From positions 1 to 34,028 of the IMG/VR virus record IMGVR_UViG_3300033076_000101: a DNA stretch of 34,028 nucleotides; one strand, given 5' to 3'. The notes beneath the pieces were generated by a model. It did no database searches, was not told where the DNA came from, and saw only the letters and a list, made by a program, of their open reading frames with translations. Position numbers and translations under genes: made by a program. Shown here piece by piece: positions 27,015-34,028 of this stretch. Each line of letters begins with the position of its first letter. Positions within the stretch are counted from its first letter, which is position 1. The DNA is from a virus. Taxonomy: Duplodnaviria; Caudoviricetes.

Positions 27015-27269
27015 TTAAAATGGAACATCGTCACTAAGAGTTACATCTCTAGATACAACTCCTTCTGCTGGCTTTTCTTCAGGCGGATTTAAATACGCAA
27101 GAATTTGGCCATCTTTCATAGCAAATAATGGCAAAGATTCAATCTTTAACATTAAGCCATGTTTGGTTTCCATCACTAATCCGATGGTTTGATAACGCTT
27201 TTTAAGCGTGTTTGTTTTTAAGTCAGTATATTCAGATACTGCTGCTTTAACGTAATGGGTAATCGCCAT
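27015..27269 (-). CDS. Small SSB-like protein
   Basis: Beta-rich body with an acidic SSB-type tail (DDVPF). Lies in the recombination operon. Confidence 0.6.
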   Translation of the reverse strand: MAITHYVKAAVSEYTDLKTNTLKKRYQTIGLVMETKHGLMLKIESLPLFAMKDGQILAYLNPPEEKPAEGVVSRDVTLSDDVPF

Positions 27270-27692
27270 TTAACTTCCTTTCATCAATTCAAAAGATTTT
27301 TTAATGCAACAAGCATCAAAAAAATTGTCTACAGTTACATCTAAAACTATCACTTTATTGCGCCTAGCTCTTACTCTATAAGAGCCATAAGACCTAAGCT
27401 CAATTCCTTTAATGCCACATTTATTTGTTTTAAATAAACGCCTATTCATTGATTGTTCTTGTCTAGTTGCCCAATAACAATTTTCTTTTGAATATCCTTT
27501 GTTATTGTCTTTTCTTTCAAGTGTTTCATTTTCTTGTTTAATCCCCATATCTTTTAAAAATACACTAAAAGATTTTCTCCATGTAGGACAAACAGTAATC
27601 CCCCTAGCACCATAATTTTTGTAATACTTATTATTAGGGTTTTCACATCTTTGAATCATGGAAGCCCAAACCCAATAAAGTTTTTTATTCAT
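27270..27692 (-). CDS. HNH-type homing endonuclease-like protein
   Basis: W.SM.QRC.NPN..Y.NYGARGI.VC..W and LER.DNNKGY..ENC.WAT motifs. AT-rich. Confidence 0.85.
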   Translation of the reverse strand: MNKKLYWVWASMIQRCENPNNKYYKNYGARGITVCPTWRKSFSVFLKDMGIKQENETLERKDNNKGYSKENCYWATRQEQSMNRRLFKTNKCGIKGIELRSYGSYRVRARRNKVIVLDVTVDNFFDACCIKKSFELMKGS

Positions 27693-28314
27693 TTTTACCT
27701 TTCATTAAATTTGTTTCATGTTCAACTTCTTCAAGAAATTTAATAACTTCTTTTTCAATTTTTTCTATAAATTCTTCATCTCTTGGCAATCTAACTATTA
27801 AAAGTTGGCTTCTTTGTGGCATCCTAGGATCAAAACTAACAAAATCACACCACTTTCTACCAGTTACAGCCATTTGTGTTTGCATTTGAGTTATGTATTT
27901 TTGTGGGGGCGCTTTCTTTTTAAAATACTCCCAATGTGTGCTACTGTTACAACACTTAATTTCAATAAGACCGTCATCACCAATAAGACCATCAGGACTA
28001 CAACCGAAATTGGCAATAGTAGGATGGTCAATAAAAGCCACCTGATCGACAAAGTTTCCTGTTTCAACTTCATAAGCTACCCTTGCTTGTGGTTCTGTTT
28101 GTGTTCCCCATTCCATCGCTGCATTAGTGTATGATGGCTCAATAGTTCCTGTGCTACGTTGTAACGCAAGTTCTATTAGGTAATTCTGGCGACTTGCAGA
28201 AGGCCCAGTCCTTGTCTGCGCTAGGATGTCAGCTACCCTAGAAGCAGTTACTTTGCCCGCCCTAAGCTCATGCCATTGTTCCGAACCTTGCTCAATATCC
28301 TGAATATTCGCCAT
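27685..28314 (-). CDS. YqaJ/lambda-exonuclease family recombinase nuclease
   Basis: QGS..W...R.GKVTAS, WG...E, SPDGL...EIKC and Y..Q.Q.QM motifs. Confidence 0.92.
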   Translation of the reverse strand: MANIQDIEQGSEQWHELRAGKVTASRVADILAQTRTGPSASRQNYLIELALQRSTGTIEPSYTNAAMEWGTQTEPQARVAYEVETGNFVDQVAFIDHPTIANFGCSPDGLIGDDGLIEIKCCNSSTHWEYFKKKAPPQKYITQMQTQMAVTGRKWCDFVSFDPRMPQRSQLLIVRLPRDEEFIEKIEKEVIKFLEEVEHETNLMKGKNE

Positions 28315-28771
28315 ACAATTCAATCCTTTTTAATTTATATGCTTGATGAGCTTCTTCTAAAGTTTTAAAGCTGCCAATATTTATTGGTTTTTTGTTATAA
28401 GAAATTCTTGCAACAAACCTATTTTTATTTTTTTTAATACCCATTGGTAAATTGCTAGTTTTTTTTCTAAATTTATGATTCCAATTATTTTGAGTAACAG
28501 TTGCTTCTCTTAAATTTTTTAATCTATCGTCTGTTTTTATGCCATTTATGTGATCTATGCAAGGGAATGGAAATCTTTTGTAAGCATATAAAAAAATTAA
28601 CCTTCCTCTTCTGTATGATTTTCCATTTATTTTTATTCTGAAATAATCATTATTTGTAGAAAATCCAGCTTCTTTCCCAATTAAATCAGAATGATTTTTA
28701 GGTGGATTTTTCCAAAAAATTTTTCCATTTTCTACATCTATATCAAACAAATTTTCTAATTGTTGAATCAT
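28292..28771 (-). CDS. HNH endonuclease with an AP2-like C-terminal domain
   Basis: IDHINGIKTDDRLKNLR and IGSFKT.EEAH.AY motifs. AT-rich. Confidence 0.88.
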   Translation of the reverse strand: MIQQLENLFDIDVENGKIFWKNPPKNHSDLIGKEAGFSTNNDYFRIKINGKSYRRGRLIFLYAYKRFPFPCIDHINGIKTDDRLKNLREATVTQNNWNHKFRKKTSNLPMGIKKNKNRFVARISYNKKPINIGSFKTLEEAHQAYKLKRIELYGEYSGY

Positions 28772-28974
28772 AGCTCAACCCTACCTACACATTTATATTC
28801 TTTAAAACGCTTGTTATTGCGTTCTACCCAACGATCCTGAAACAAATAACCACGTTCTTTAAGGTCTAAGATGCGTCTAGGCAAATGGATGCAACCAAAT
28901 AGTTCTAAAGCTACTAAACCGCTAATCCAGTTCTTTTTTGAATATTTTAAAATTGAATCGTTTTGGCTCATCAT
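28768..28974 (-). CDS. Small winged-HTH protein
   Basis: Q...IL.....IS...AL.LFGC..L..RI.DLK..GY pattern. Confidence 0.75.
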   Translation of the reverse strand: MMSQNDSILKYSKKNWISGLVALELFGCIHLPRRILDLKERGYLFQDRWVERNNKRFKEYKCVGRVEL

Positions 28975-29507
28975 GCTAATTCTCCTTTTTTAGCGTCTTT
29001 GGCTTTAGAAATCATGTCTACTGCTGCTTTGTCTTTAGATAATGCTTTATAGGCTTGACCGTATACTTCTTTAAGCTCATCTATTGAGCTACATTCCTTA
29101 ATCTTGTCTACCCAAGCTATGCTTAAATCAGTCAAATCTACTGATTCTTCTTCAGGCAAGTCAGATCCTGCATAAATGTATAAACCGATGCCAAAGCAAG
29201 CAATACACTTGGCAAGGCAACGCATGGTGGCATCGCTGATTTTGCGTGTATCAGGGTTTTTAATGGCATTGTTGCGGTTATCCATTACAGGTAGCTGCAT
29301 CTTCATGGTTTTGCCAAAAGCTGTTACGTTGCAGAACACCATGACAGTATCGTTCCACACTTTAGGCTCAGGGAACTCCCATGTAGCCGTTGGATCGTTT
29401 TGCAACAGTACATCAACTGCCCAGCTCCACGATAAATAATTAAGGTTACCTTTGCGTTCAATGTGTTCGTTTACATTGATTTTGCGAAGTTCGTTATAAG
29501 TAGTCAT
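28971..29507 (-). CDS. sak: Sak (Rad52-like, DUF1071) single-strand annealing protein
   Basis: YLSWSWA, LPVMDNRN and MRCLAKCIACFGIGLYIYAG.DLP motifs. ATG at 29507 with GGAG RBS. Confidence 0.88.
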   Translation of the reverse strand: MTTYNELRKINVNEHIERKGNLNYLSWSWAVDVLLQNDPTATWEFPEPKVWNDTVMVFCNVTAFGKTMKMQLPVMDNRNNAIKNPDTRKISDATMRCLAKCIACFGIGLYIYAGSDLPEEESVDLTDLSIAWVDKIKECSSIDELKEVYGQAYKALSKDKAAVDMISKAKDAKKGELA

Positions 29508-29508
29508 A

Positions 29509-29811
29509 TCAATCTCCAATAAGGTCAATTAAAGAAATAATCTCTTTGTTGCAAGCTTGTTTGATAAGCGATAGCAACTCAGCATCGTTACCGTTTACAT
29601 AAGCAAGCATTAGTTGTTTTTGGATTTGACCAACTTTGTCGTACAAATCGCTGTCTGATGGATCAACTGTGTATTGGTTACGATTGCCATAACTAAGCTT
29701 TTGACCTTTTTTAATAGCGTCAATAACTGAATCTTCTAATTCTTCCCATTGCTCTTGAAGTTCGTCTTGACGTGCTAACCAGGCGTTAGTTTGAGATGTT
29801 AGGAAGTCCAT
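29509..29811 (-). CDS. Hypothetical protein
   Basis: 100-aa ORF, TAATG-coupled within the early-left operon. Confidence 0.7.
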   Translation of the reverse strand: MDFLTSQTNAWLARQDELQEQWEELEDSVIDAIKKGQKLSYGNRNQYTVDPSDSDLYDKVGQIQKQLMLAYVNGNDAELLSLIKQACNKEIISLIDLIGD

Positions 29812-29900
29812 TAGAAACCCCCTGTTCTTAGGATGTATGTAACAGCTAGGATGCTGCCACCAATTAAACCTAATAAGGCTGCGTAGATTACGTCTTTCAT
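29811..29900 (-). CDS. 29-aa single-TM peptide (not in ORF track)
   Basis: Translates as MKDVIYAALLGLIGGSILAVTYILRTGGF. AAGGGA RBS; its stop overlaps the next ATG. Confidence 0.7.
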   Translation of the reverse strand: MKDVIYAALLGLIGGSILAVTYILRTGGF

Positions 29901-29948
29901 GTTTACTTTCCCTTCATCACTTGTTAAAAAATTTACTGCATGGATGTA

Positions 29949-29977
29949 ACTATACACGAATTTGTGTGTTTGTGTAA
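29949..29977 (-). promoter_or_regulatory. Putative leftward early promoter
   Basis: Minus strand TTACAC, 17-bp spacer, TATAGT. Confidence 0.55.
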
Positions 29978-30011
29978 GTTTTTTTGTAGGTAGATTCCCT
30001 AATCAAATAAA

Positions 30012-30041
30012 TTTACTAATCCCACGAATTTAGTATATCAT
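30012..30041 (+). promoter_or_regulatory. Putative rightward early promoter with overlapping operator
   Basis: TTTACT/TTACTA, 18/17-bp spacer, TATCAT. Contains the inverted repeat TACTAA..TTAGTA and CACGAATTT, which is shared with the left promoter. Confidence 0.55.
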
Positions 30042-30067
30042 ACCACAATAAATTATGAAAGGGAACT

Positions 30068-30265
30068 ATGAAACCGTTTGATGCTTTGAGAGTTGAATTT
30101 GGCGTTTTAGCCAATTTAGCTCCACTTTTAGGGGTTCGTGAGAACGCTGTATATCAATGGGCTAAACGTGGCCAAATACCTATTAAACACATTAGAAAAC
30201 TAGAGGAGTTATCAGAAGGTCGTTTGACAGCAAAGATTCTTAGACCTGATTTATTTGAAGGCTGA
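30068..30265 (+). CDS. Cro/YdaS-like transcriptional regulator
   Basis: LAPLLGVRENAVYQW HTH and C-terminal LRPDLF. Confidence 0.85.
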   Translation: MKPFDALRVEFGVLANLAPLLGVRENAVYQWAKRGQIPIKHIRKLEELSEGRLTAKILRPDLFEG

Positions 30266-30266
30266 T

Positions 30267-31016
30267 ATGCAAAAAACTGACATTTGGATGCCTTTGTATA
30301 TTGGTGATTATTTAGCAGATACGGCTAGGCTTACAACTGAGCAACATGGAGCTTATTTATTGTTGCTTATGGACTATTGGAGATCAGGAAAACTTCCTGA
30401 CAATGATCAGGTTTTATCTCAAATCACTAAATTATCTCCTGATGCTTGGAGCAATGCTAAAGCAATGCTAAAACAATTCTTTAGTATAGAAGATGGTTTT
30501 TGGATTCATAAAAGAGTTGAGCAAGAATTGGTAGCTTCTATTGAAAACAAAGCTAAAAATCACAAAAGAGCCGTTGGTGCTGCTAAAGCAAGGTGGGATA
30601 AGCAACAAAAAGATGCTACAAGCAATGCTAAAGCAATGCTTGAGGAATGCCCATCACCTTCACCATCACCTTCATCTAATAATGATATAGATGTAGCTAA
30701 AGCTACCAAGCCCACAAGAGGATCAAGATTTAAAGAAGATTTATTGCCTAAAGAATGGGAGCAGTTTTGTTTAAAAGAAAGACCTGATTTACAGCCTAAT
30801 GTTGTATTTATAGATTTTAAAGATTATTGGGTTTCTGTTGCAGGGCAAAAAGGAGTTAGGGCTGATTGGTTTGCTACATGGAGAGGATGGGTTAGAAGGC
30901 AACACGTTCAAAAAACTCAGGCAAAAACTCAATCTGACAAAACAAAGGATGTTTTAAAAGGATTAACTAGAGGATTATTGGGGGGTGAAAACGATGTCGG
31001 ACTACTTGGAAAGTAA
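30267..31016 (+). CDS. DUF1376 (YdaU-like) replication initiator
   Basis: WMPLYIGDYLADT..L..EQHGAY.LLL..YW at the N-terminus and F.DYW...DW.ATWR.W at the C-terminus. Contains internal iterons. Confidence 0.85.
   Translation: MQKTDIWMPLYIGDYLADTARLTTEQHGAYLLLLMDYWRSGKLPDNDQVLSQITKLSPDAWSNAKAMLKQFFSIEDGFWIHKRVEQELVASIENKAKNHKRAVGAAKARWDKQQKDATSNAKAMLEECPSPSPSPSSNNDIDVAKATKPTRGSRFKEDLLPKEWEQFCLKERPDLQPNVVFIDFKDYWVSVAGQKGVRADWFATWRGWVRRQHVQKTQAKTQSDKTKDVLKGLTRGLLGGENDVGLLGK
30450..30480. repeat. 11-bp tandem iteron-like repeats, cluster 1
   Basis: AGCAATGCTAA twice, then degenerate AACAATTCT. Confidence 0.75.
30621..30650. repeat. 11-bp tandem iteron-like repeats, cluster 2 (putative origin)
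   Basis: AGCAATGCTAA, AGCAATGCTTG, AGGAATGC. Confidence 0.75.
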
Positions 31017-31383
31017 CTTTACAACTGCTGATAATGGGCTTGATTATATTTTTGGAAAGATGAGTGCTATTTATGGTGCTGCATTTACTAGAAATTGGGA
31101 TGGCGTAGATTTAGGTTTAGTTCGTGATACATGGAAAGAAATGTTGGGTGTTTATGCAACATACAAGCCTACTTTGGATTTTGCTTTAAATTCAATGGAT
31201 AAGTCATTTGTTCCTTCTGCAATAGCTTTTAAAGAGTTATGCGAACAAGCAGGTCGTATTCCTGTAAAGCCTGAAAGAACTATTACGCATCAACCAACAC
31301 AAGCAGAGATAGAGAAAAATGCCAAAGCAAGAGATGAAGCTATTGCTGCAATTAGAGCTTGGAAGGCAGGCATAAAAGCATGA
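30994..31383 (+). CDS. Putative replication accessory protein (helicase loader-like position)
   Basis: IF..M.AIYG..F...W and PS...FK.LC motifs. Directly follows the initiator gene. Confidence 0.55.
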   Translation: MSDYLESNFTTADNGLDYIFGKMSAIYGAAFTRNWDGVDLGLVRDTWKEMLGVYATYKPTLDFALNSMDKSFVPSAIAFKELCEQAGRIPVKPERTITHQPTQAEIEKNAKARDEAIAAIRAWKAGIKA

Positions 31384-31526
31384 TTTATTACATCTACGAC
31401 ATTGATGGACTAATTCGCATAGTTAAATCTAGGACAGAAGCTAAATACTTAACGTCATGCAGACCTGATTGGAAGATTGTTGCAAAAAAACAACAAAAAC
31501 CTGTTTATGAGGAGTGTTTATTTTGA
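31380..31526 (+). CDS. Hypothetical protein, 48 aa (not in ORF track)
   Basis: Translates as MIYYIYDIDGLIRIVKSRTEAKYLTSCRPDWKIVAKKQQKPVYEECLF. Overlaps both neighbours (ATGA and TTGA). Confidence 0.7.
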   Translation: MIYYIYDIDGLIRIVKSRTEAKYLTSCRPDWKIVAKKQQKPVYEECLF

Positions 31527-32542
31527 ATAAAGTGTATTGGGGTGATTGTCGTGATTCTTTAAAACAAATGGCTAAAGAAGGTATAAAAGTTCAAACTTGC
31601 GTTACCAGTCCACCTTATTATGGACTTAGAGATTATGGACATGATGGACAAATAGGTAATGAACAAACACCACAAGAATTTATTGACAATCTTGTTGAAG
31701 TTTTTGCTTGTGTTTGGGATGTATTAGCTGATGACGGCACATTATGGGTAAATTTAGGTGATAGTTATTACAACTATAGACCAGGCAAAGGACAGGCTTT
31801 ATCAAAACAAACTGTAGCTACAAATAATCAAGATTTACCACAAGAATGTGCAAGAAGGGGAAATAAGCTTAAAGGTTATAAAGAAAAAGATTTGATGGGG
31901 ATGCCTTGGAGACTGGCTTTTGCTTTACAAGATTTTGGTTGGCATCTTAGACAAGACATTATTTGGCATAAACCTAATCCAATGCCTGAATCAGTAAAAG
32001 ATAGATGTACAAAAAATCATGAATATATTTTTCTTTTAACTAAAAAACCTAAATATTATTTTGATTCTGATGCAATAAAAGAACCTGCAGAATATTGGGG
32101 AGAAAGAGATAGAACAAATGGTAAATATCATAATGAAGGAACTGGTTTAAATCCTCATTCTGGACTTGATGGAAAGAAAAAAGATAAAAGAGCAGGAGAA
32201 GGAAGAATTTCTTATGAAGGCAAAAGAACCGAAAATAATGAAAGTGGCGGTCAGCAATCTTTTGTACACATAGAAGAATTTAAAAATAAAAGGTCTGTTT
32301 GGACTGTAACTACAAAACCATATTCGGGCGCACATTTTGCAGTTTATCCACCTGATTTAATTGAGCCTTGTATTTTGGCAGGAAGCAAGTCAGGTGATAT
32401 TGTTCTTGATCCTTTTTTTGGTAGCGGTACAACTGGCATGGTTGCTCAAAATTTAGGAAGAAAATGGATTGGATGTGAATTAAATAAAAATTACGAGAGC
32501 TTGCAAAATGAACGACTTATTCAACAAGGACTTGAACTATGA
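31523..32542 (+). CDS. Beta-class DNA methyltransferase (SPPY, probably N4-cytosine)
   Basis: TSPPY, IIWHKPNPMPESVKDR, HFAVYP and DPFFGSGTT motifs. TTG at 31523 follows GAGGAG. Confidence 0.92.
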   Translation: MNKVYWGDCRDSLKQMAKEGIKVQTCVTSPPYYGLRDYGHDGQIGNEQTPQEFIDNLVEVFACVWDVLADDGTLWVNLGDSYYNYRPGKGQALSKQTVATNNQDLPQECARRGNKLKGYKEKDLMGMPWRLAFALQDFGWHLRQDIIWHKPNPMPESVKDRCTKNHEYIFLLTKKPKYYFDSDAIKEPAEYWGERDRTNGKYHNEGTGLNPHSGLDGKKKDKRAGEGRISYEGKRTENNESGGQQSFVHIEEFKNKRSVWTVTTKPYSGAHFAVYPPDLIEPCILAGSKSGDIVLDPFFGSGTTGMVAQNLGRKWIGCELNKNYESLQNERLIQQGLEL

Positions 32543-32723
32543 AGAAGAAAAACATAGGTGTGAAGTCAGGCAATTACTCGCATGGCGCAAAGAGTGGGGT
32601 CTACAAAGATTTCAAGGATATTTACAAAATCCTAGATTTGATTCAAGACGAGCAGAACTCTATCGAGACTTTGCAGAACAATGGAAACGTGGAAATAGAG
32701 GTGAAAAAGGAGACTGGCGATGA
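32508..32723 (+). CDS. Conserved small phage protein
   Basis: HRCEVRQLL...QWKRGNRG..GDW motif. Confidence 0.7.
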   Translation: MNDLFNKDLNYEEEKHRCEVRQLLAWRKEWGLQRFQGYLQNPRFDSRRAELYRDFAEQWKRGNRGEKGDWR

Positions 32724-33058
32724 GTGACCTAGACCACCTAAACGACAACAGGGTAGAAAAGGCTCTTATTTTCTTATCTTCCACAGACGAAGAACACGCA
32801 GAGCTATCAGGCGAAGTAAAAAGGCTCGAGGAACGCTTAAAACAGGTCAAGGCGCATTTATTTTTGAAGTCTGATGGGTCGGTAGCCAGTAGGGAAGCAG
32901 AAGCGCTCAGAAGCCCGTTATACGATGAAGCGGTACAAGAGTGGATTGAAGCTTTTAAGCAATTTAAGATGCTAGACAATAAACGCTTGCACGAAATACG
33001 AATTACAGAGATTTGGCAAAGTTTGTCTGCCAATAGGCGTAAAGGCAATGTACAATAA
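32720..33058 (+). CDS. Helical hypothetical protein (possibly UvsY-like)
   Basis: AAGGAG RBS. G.VA.REAEA...IWQS.SAN.R motif. Confidence 0.7.
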   Translation: MSDLDHLNDNRVEKALIFLSSTDEEHAELSGEVKRLEERLKQVKAHLFLKSDGSVASREAEALRSPLYDEAVQEWIEAFKQFKMLDNKRLHEIRITEIWQSLSANRRKGNVQ

Positions 33059-33124
33059 ACAAAACCCATTAAGAACGGCTATTCCTAATGGGCTTCTAAC
33101 CACCACAACTAAATAGGAGTTGAT

Positions 33125-33616
33125 ATGGCTGCGCAAATATTAACACAAGAATATTTAAAATCTGTTGTTGAATACAAAGATAATAATTTGTATTGGAGTT
33201 CTTCAAGACAAAAAATTAAAGCTGGAACTTTGGCTGGAACTGTTTCATCTAATGGGTATCGAGTCATTCAATTAAATTGGAAAATTTACAAAGCTCATAG
33301 ATTGATATTTTTATATCATCATGGATATTTGCCTAATTTTGTAGATCACATTGACGGAAATAAACTTAATAATGCAATAGAAAATTTAAGGCCAGCCACA
33401 AAATCACAAAATTGCCAAAATAAAAAATTACCAAATAACAATAAATCAGGCATAAAAGGAGTTTATTGGTTAAAAAGAAATCAAAAATGGGCTGTGCAAA
33501 TAAATGTAAATAACAAAAGAATTTTTTTAGGTGTTTACAAAGATATTGAATTTGCAGAATTAGTTTCAAACGAAGCAAGACTTAAATATCATCAACAATT
33601 TGCGAGGAAAATATGA
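33125..33616 (+). CDS. HNH endonuclease with an AP2-like domain
   Basis: YKAHRL, VDHIDGNKLNN.IENLR and N.SG.KGVYW motifs. AT-rich. Confidence 0.9.
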   Translation: MAAQILTQEYLKSVVEYKDNNLYWSSSRQKIKAGTLAGTVSSNGYRVIQLNWKIYKAHRLIFLYHHGYLPNFVDHIDGNKLNNAIENLRPATKSQNCQNKKLPNNNKSGIKGVYWLKRNQKWAVQINVNNKRIFLGVYKDIEFAELVSNEARLKYHQQFARKI

Positions 33617-33840
33617 ACGGAGAAGAAAAACTAAAGAAACAGATCAATTTTGCGGTTAAAAACCCAATTTATATTGATTTTTCAGAAACTTTGCTTGAAT
33701 TAAAGCGCACAATTAGGGCTTACGAAGATGCTACTTTAAGAAAAGAATGGGATAACGCTTACGATTTAAGCATGGCATTGGTAGATTTAAGCCAGCGATT
33801 AGAGGATATTGCTCAACAAATGCACCATGACCAAAAGTGA
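33613..33840 (+). CDS. Hypothetical protein
   Basis: ATGA-coupled ORF with GAGG RBS. Confidence 0.65.
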   Translation: MNGEEKLKKQINFAVKNPIYIDFSETLLELKRTIRAYEDATLRKEWDNAYDLSMALVDLSQRLEDIAQQMHHDQK

Positions 33841-34028
33841 AAAAGAACATTACAGGAAAGTCGCTCAACTCGGATGTATCTTATGCCGTCACCTGGGCTA
33901 CGGAGAGTCTCCCTGCGAAATCCACCACATTAGACGATTCGGGGGTAAAAGAGATCTTGCGCCTGTTATCGGACTATGCCCTGAACACCACAGAGGGACA
34001 TCTTACGGTTTACATGGCCTTGGAGCAA
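33827..34028 (+). CDS. Ref-like (recombination enhancement) HNH nuclease, N-terminal part
   Basis: Translates as MTKSEKEHYRKVAQLGCILCRHLGYGESPCEIHHIRR...IGLCPEHHRG...GLHG. Total 92 aa when joined to 1-77. Confidence 0.82.
   Translation, partial: MTKSEKEHYRKVAQLGCILCRHLGYGESPCEIHHIRRFGGKRDLAPVIGLCPEHHRGTSYGLHGLGA

Larger units (their letters stand above)
1..34028. mobile_element. Complete (circularisable) genome of a podovirus-like tailed phage
   Basis: Terminase, portal, scaffold, capsid, tail tubular, ejection, lysis, recombination and replication modules are all present. There is no tape measure or sheath gene. The ORF at 33827 reads in frame through the end/start junction. Confidence 0.93.

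Noticed and set aside
32539-33069. Alternative ORFs 32539-32727 (+) and 32632-33069 (-)
   Set aside because: They overlap ORFs 32508-32723 and 32720-33058, which carry recognisable phage motifs and proper coupling.
1-34028. Stop-codon reassignment, tRNAs, CRISPR arrays, introns or inteins
   Set aside because: Genes tile densely under code 11 with TAA, TGA and TAG all used as stops. Terminase, portal and capsid are uninterrupted. No intergenic gap shows a cloverleaf or repeat-spacer array.

Overview
The window looks like a complete ~34 kb genome of a tailed dsDNA phage with podovirus-type (P22-like) morphogenesis genes. A Ref-like HNH nuclease ORF starting at 33827 continues in frame across the window end into positions 1-77, so the sequence closes into a circle. 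The plus strand from ~640 to 26276 carries late genes: a ferritin/Dps-like protein, ParB-methyltransferase, terminases, portal, a fibre module, a TPR/GT9-like glycosyltransferase, scaffold, capsid, tail tubular proteins, ejection proteins, three membrane/holin proteins and an M15 endolysin. The minus strand from 26260 to 29900 is an early recombination operon (Sak, YqaJ exonuclease, SSB-like protein, two HNH endonucleases). The plus strand from 30068 onward carries a Cro-like regulator, a DUF1376 replication initiator with iterons, a second methyltransferase, an HNH endonuclease, Ref and RusA. I saw no integrase, cI, DNA polymerase, tRNA or CRISPR. The most unusual signals are: (1) a glycosyltransferase with no canonical start codon that overlaps the preceding virion gene; (2) an unannotated secreted 4-Cys micro-peptide in the early operon; (3) a recurring CUAC-loop hairpin over late-gene ribosome-binding sites; (4) a shared C-terminal TLDxGTF motif linking a 72-aa tail adaptor and a fibre; (5) a long wobble-rich RNA hairpin before the ejection genes. 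All calls come from reading motifs by eye; no database searches were run.
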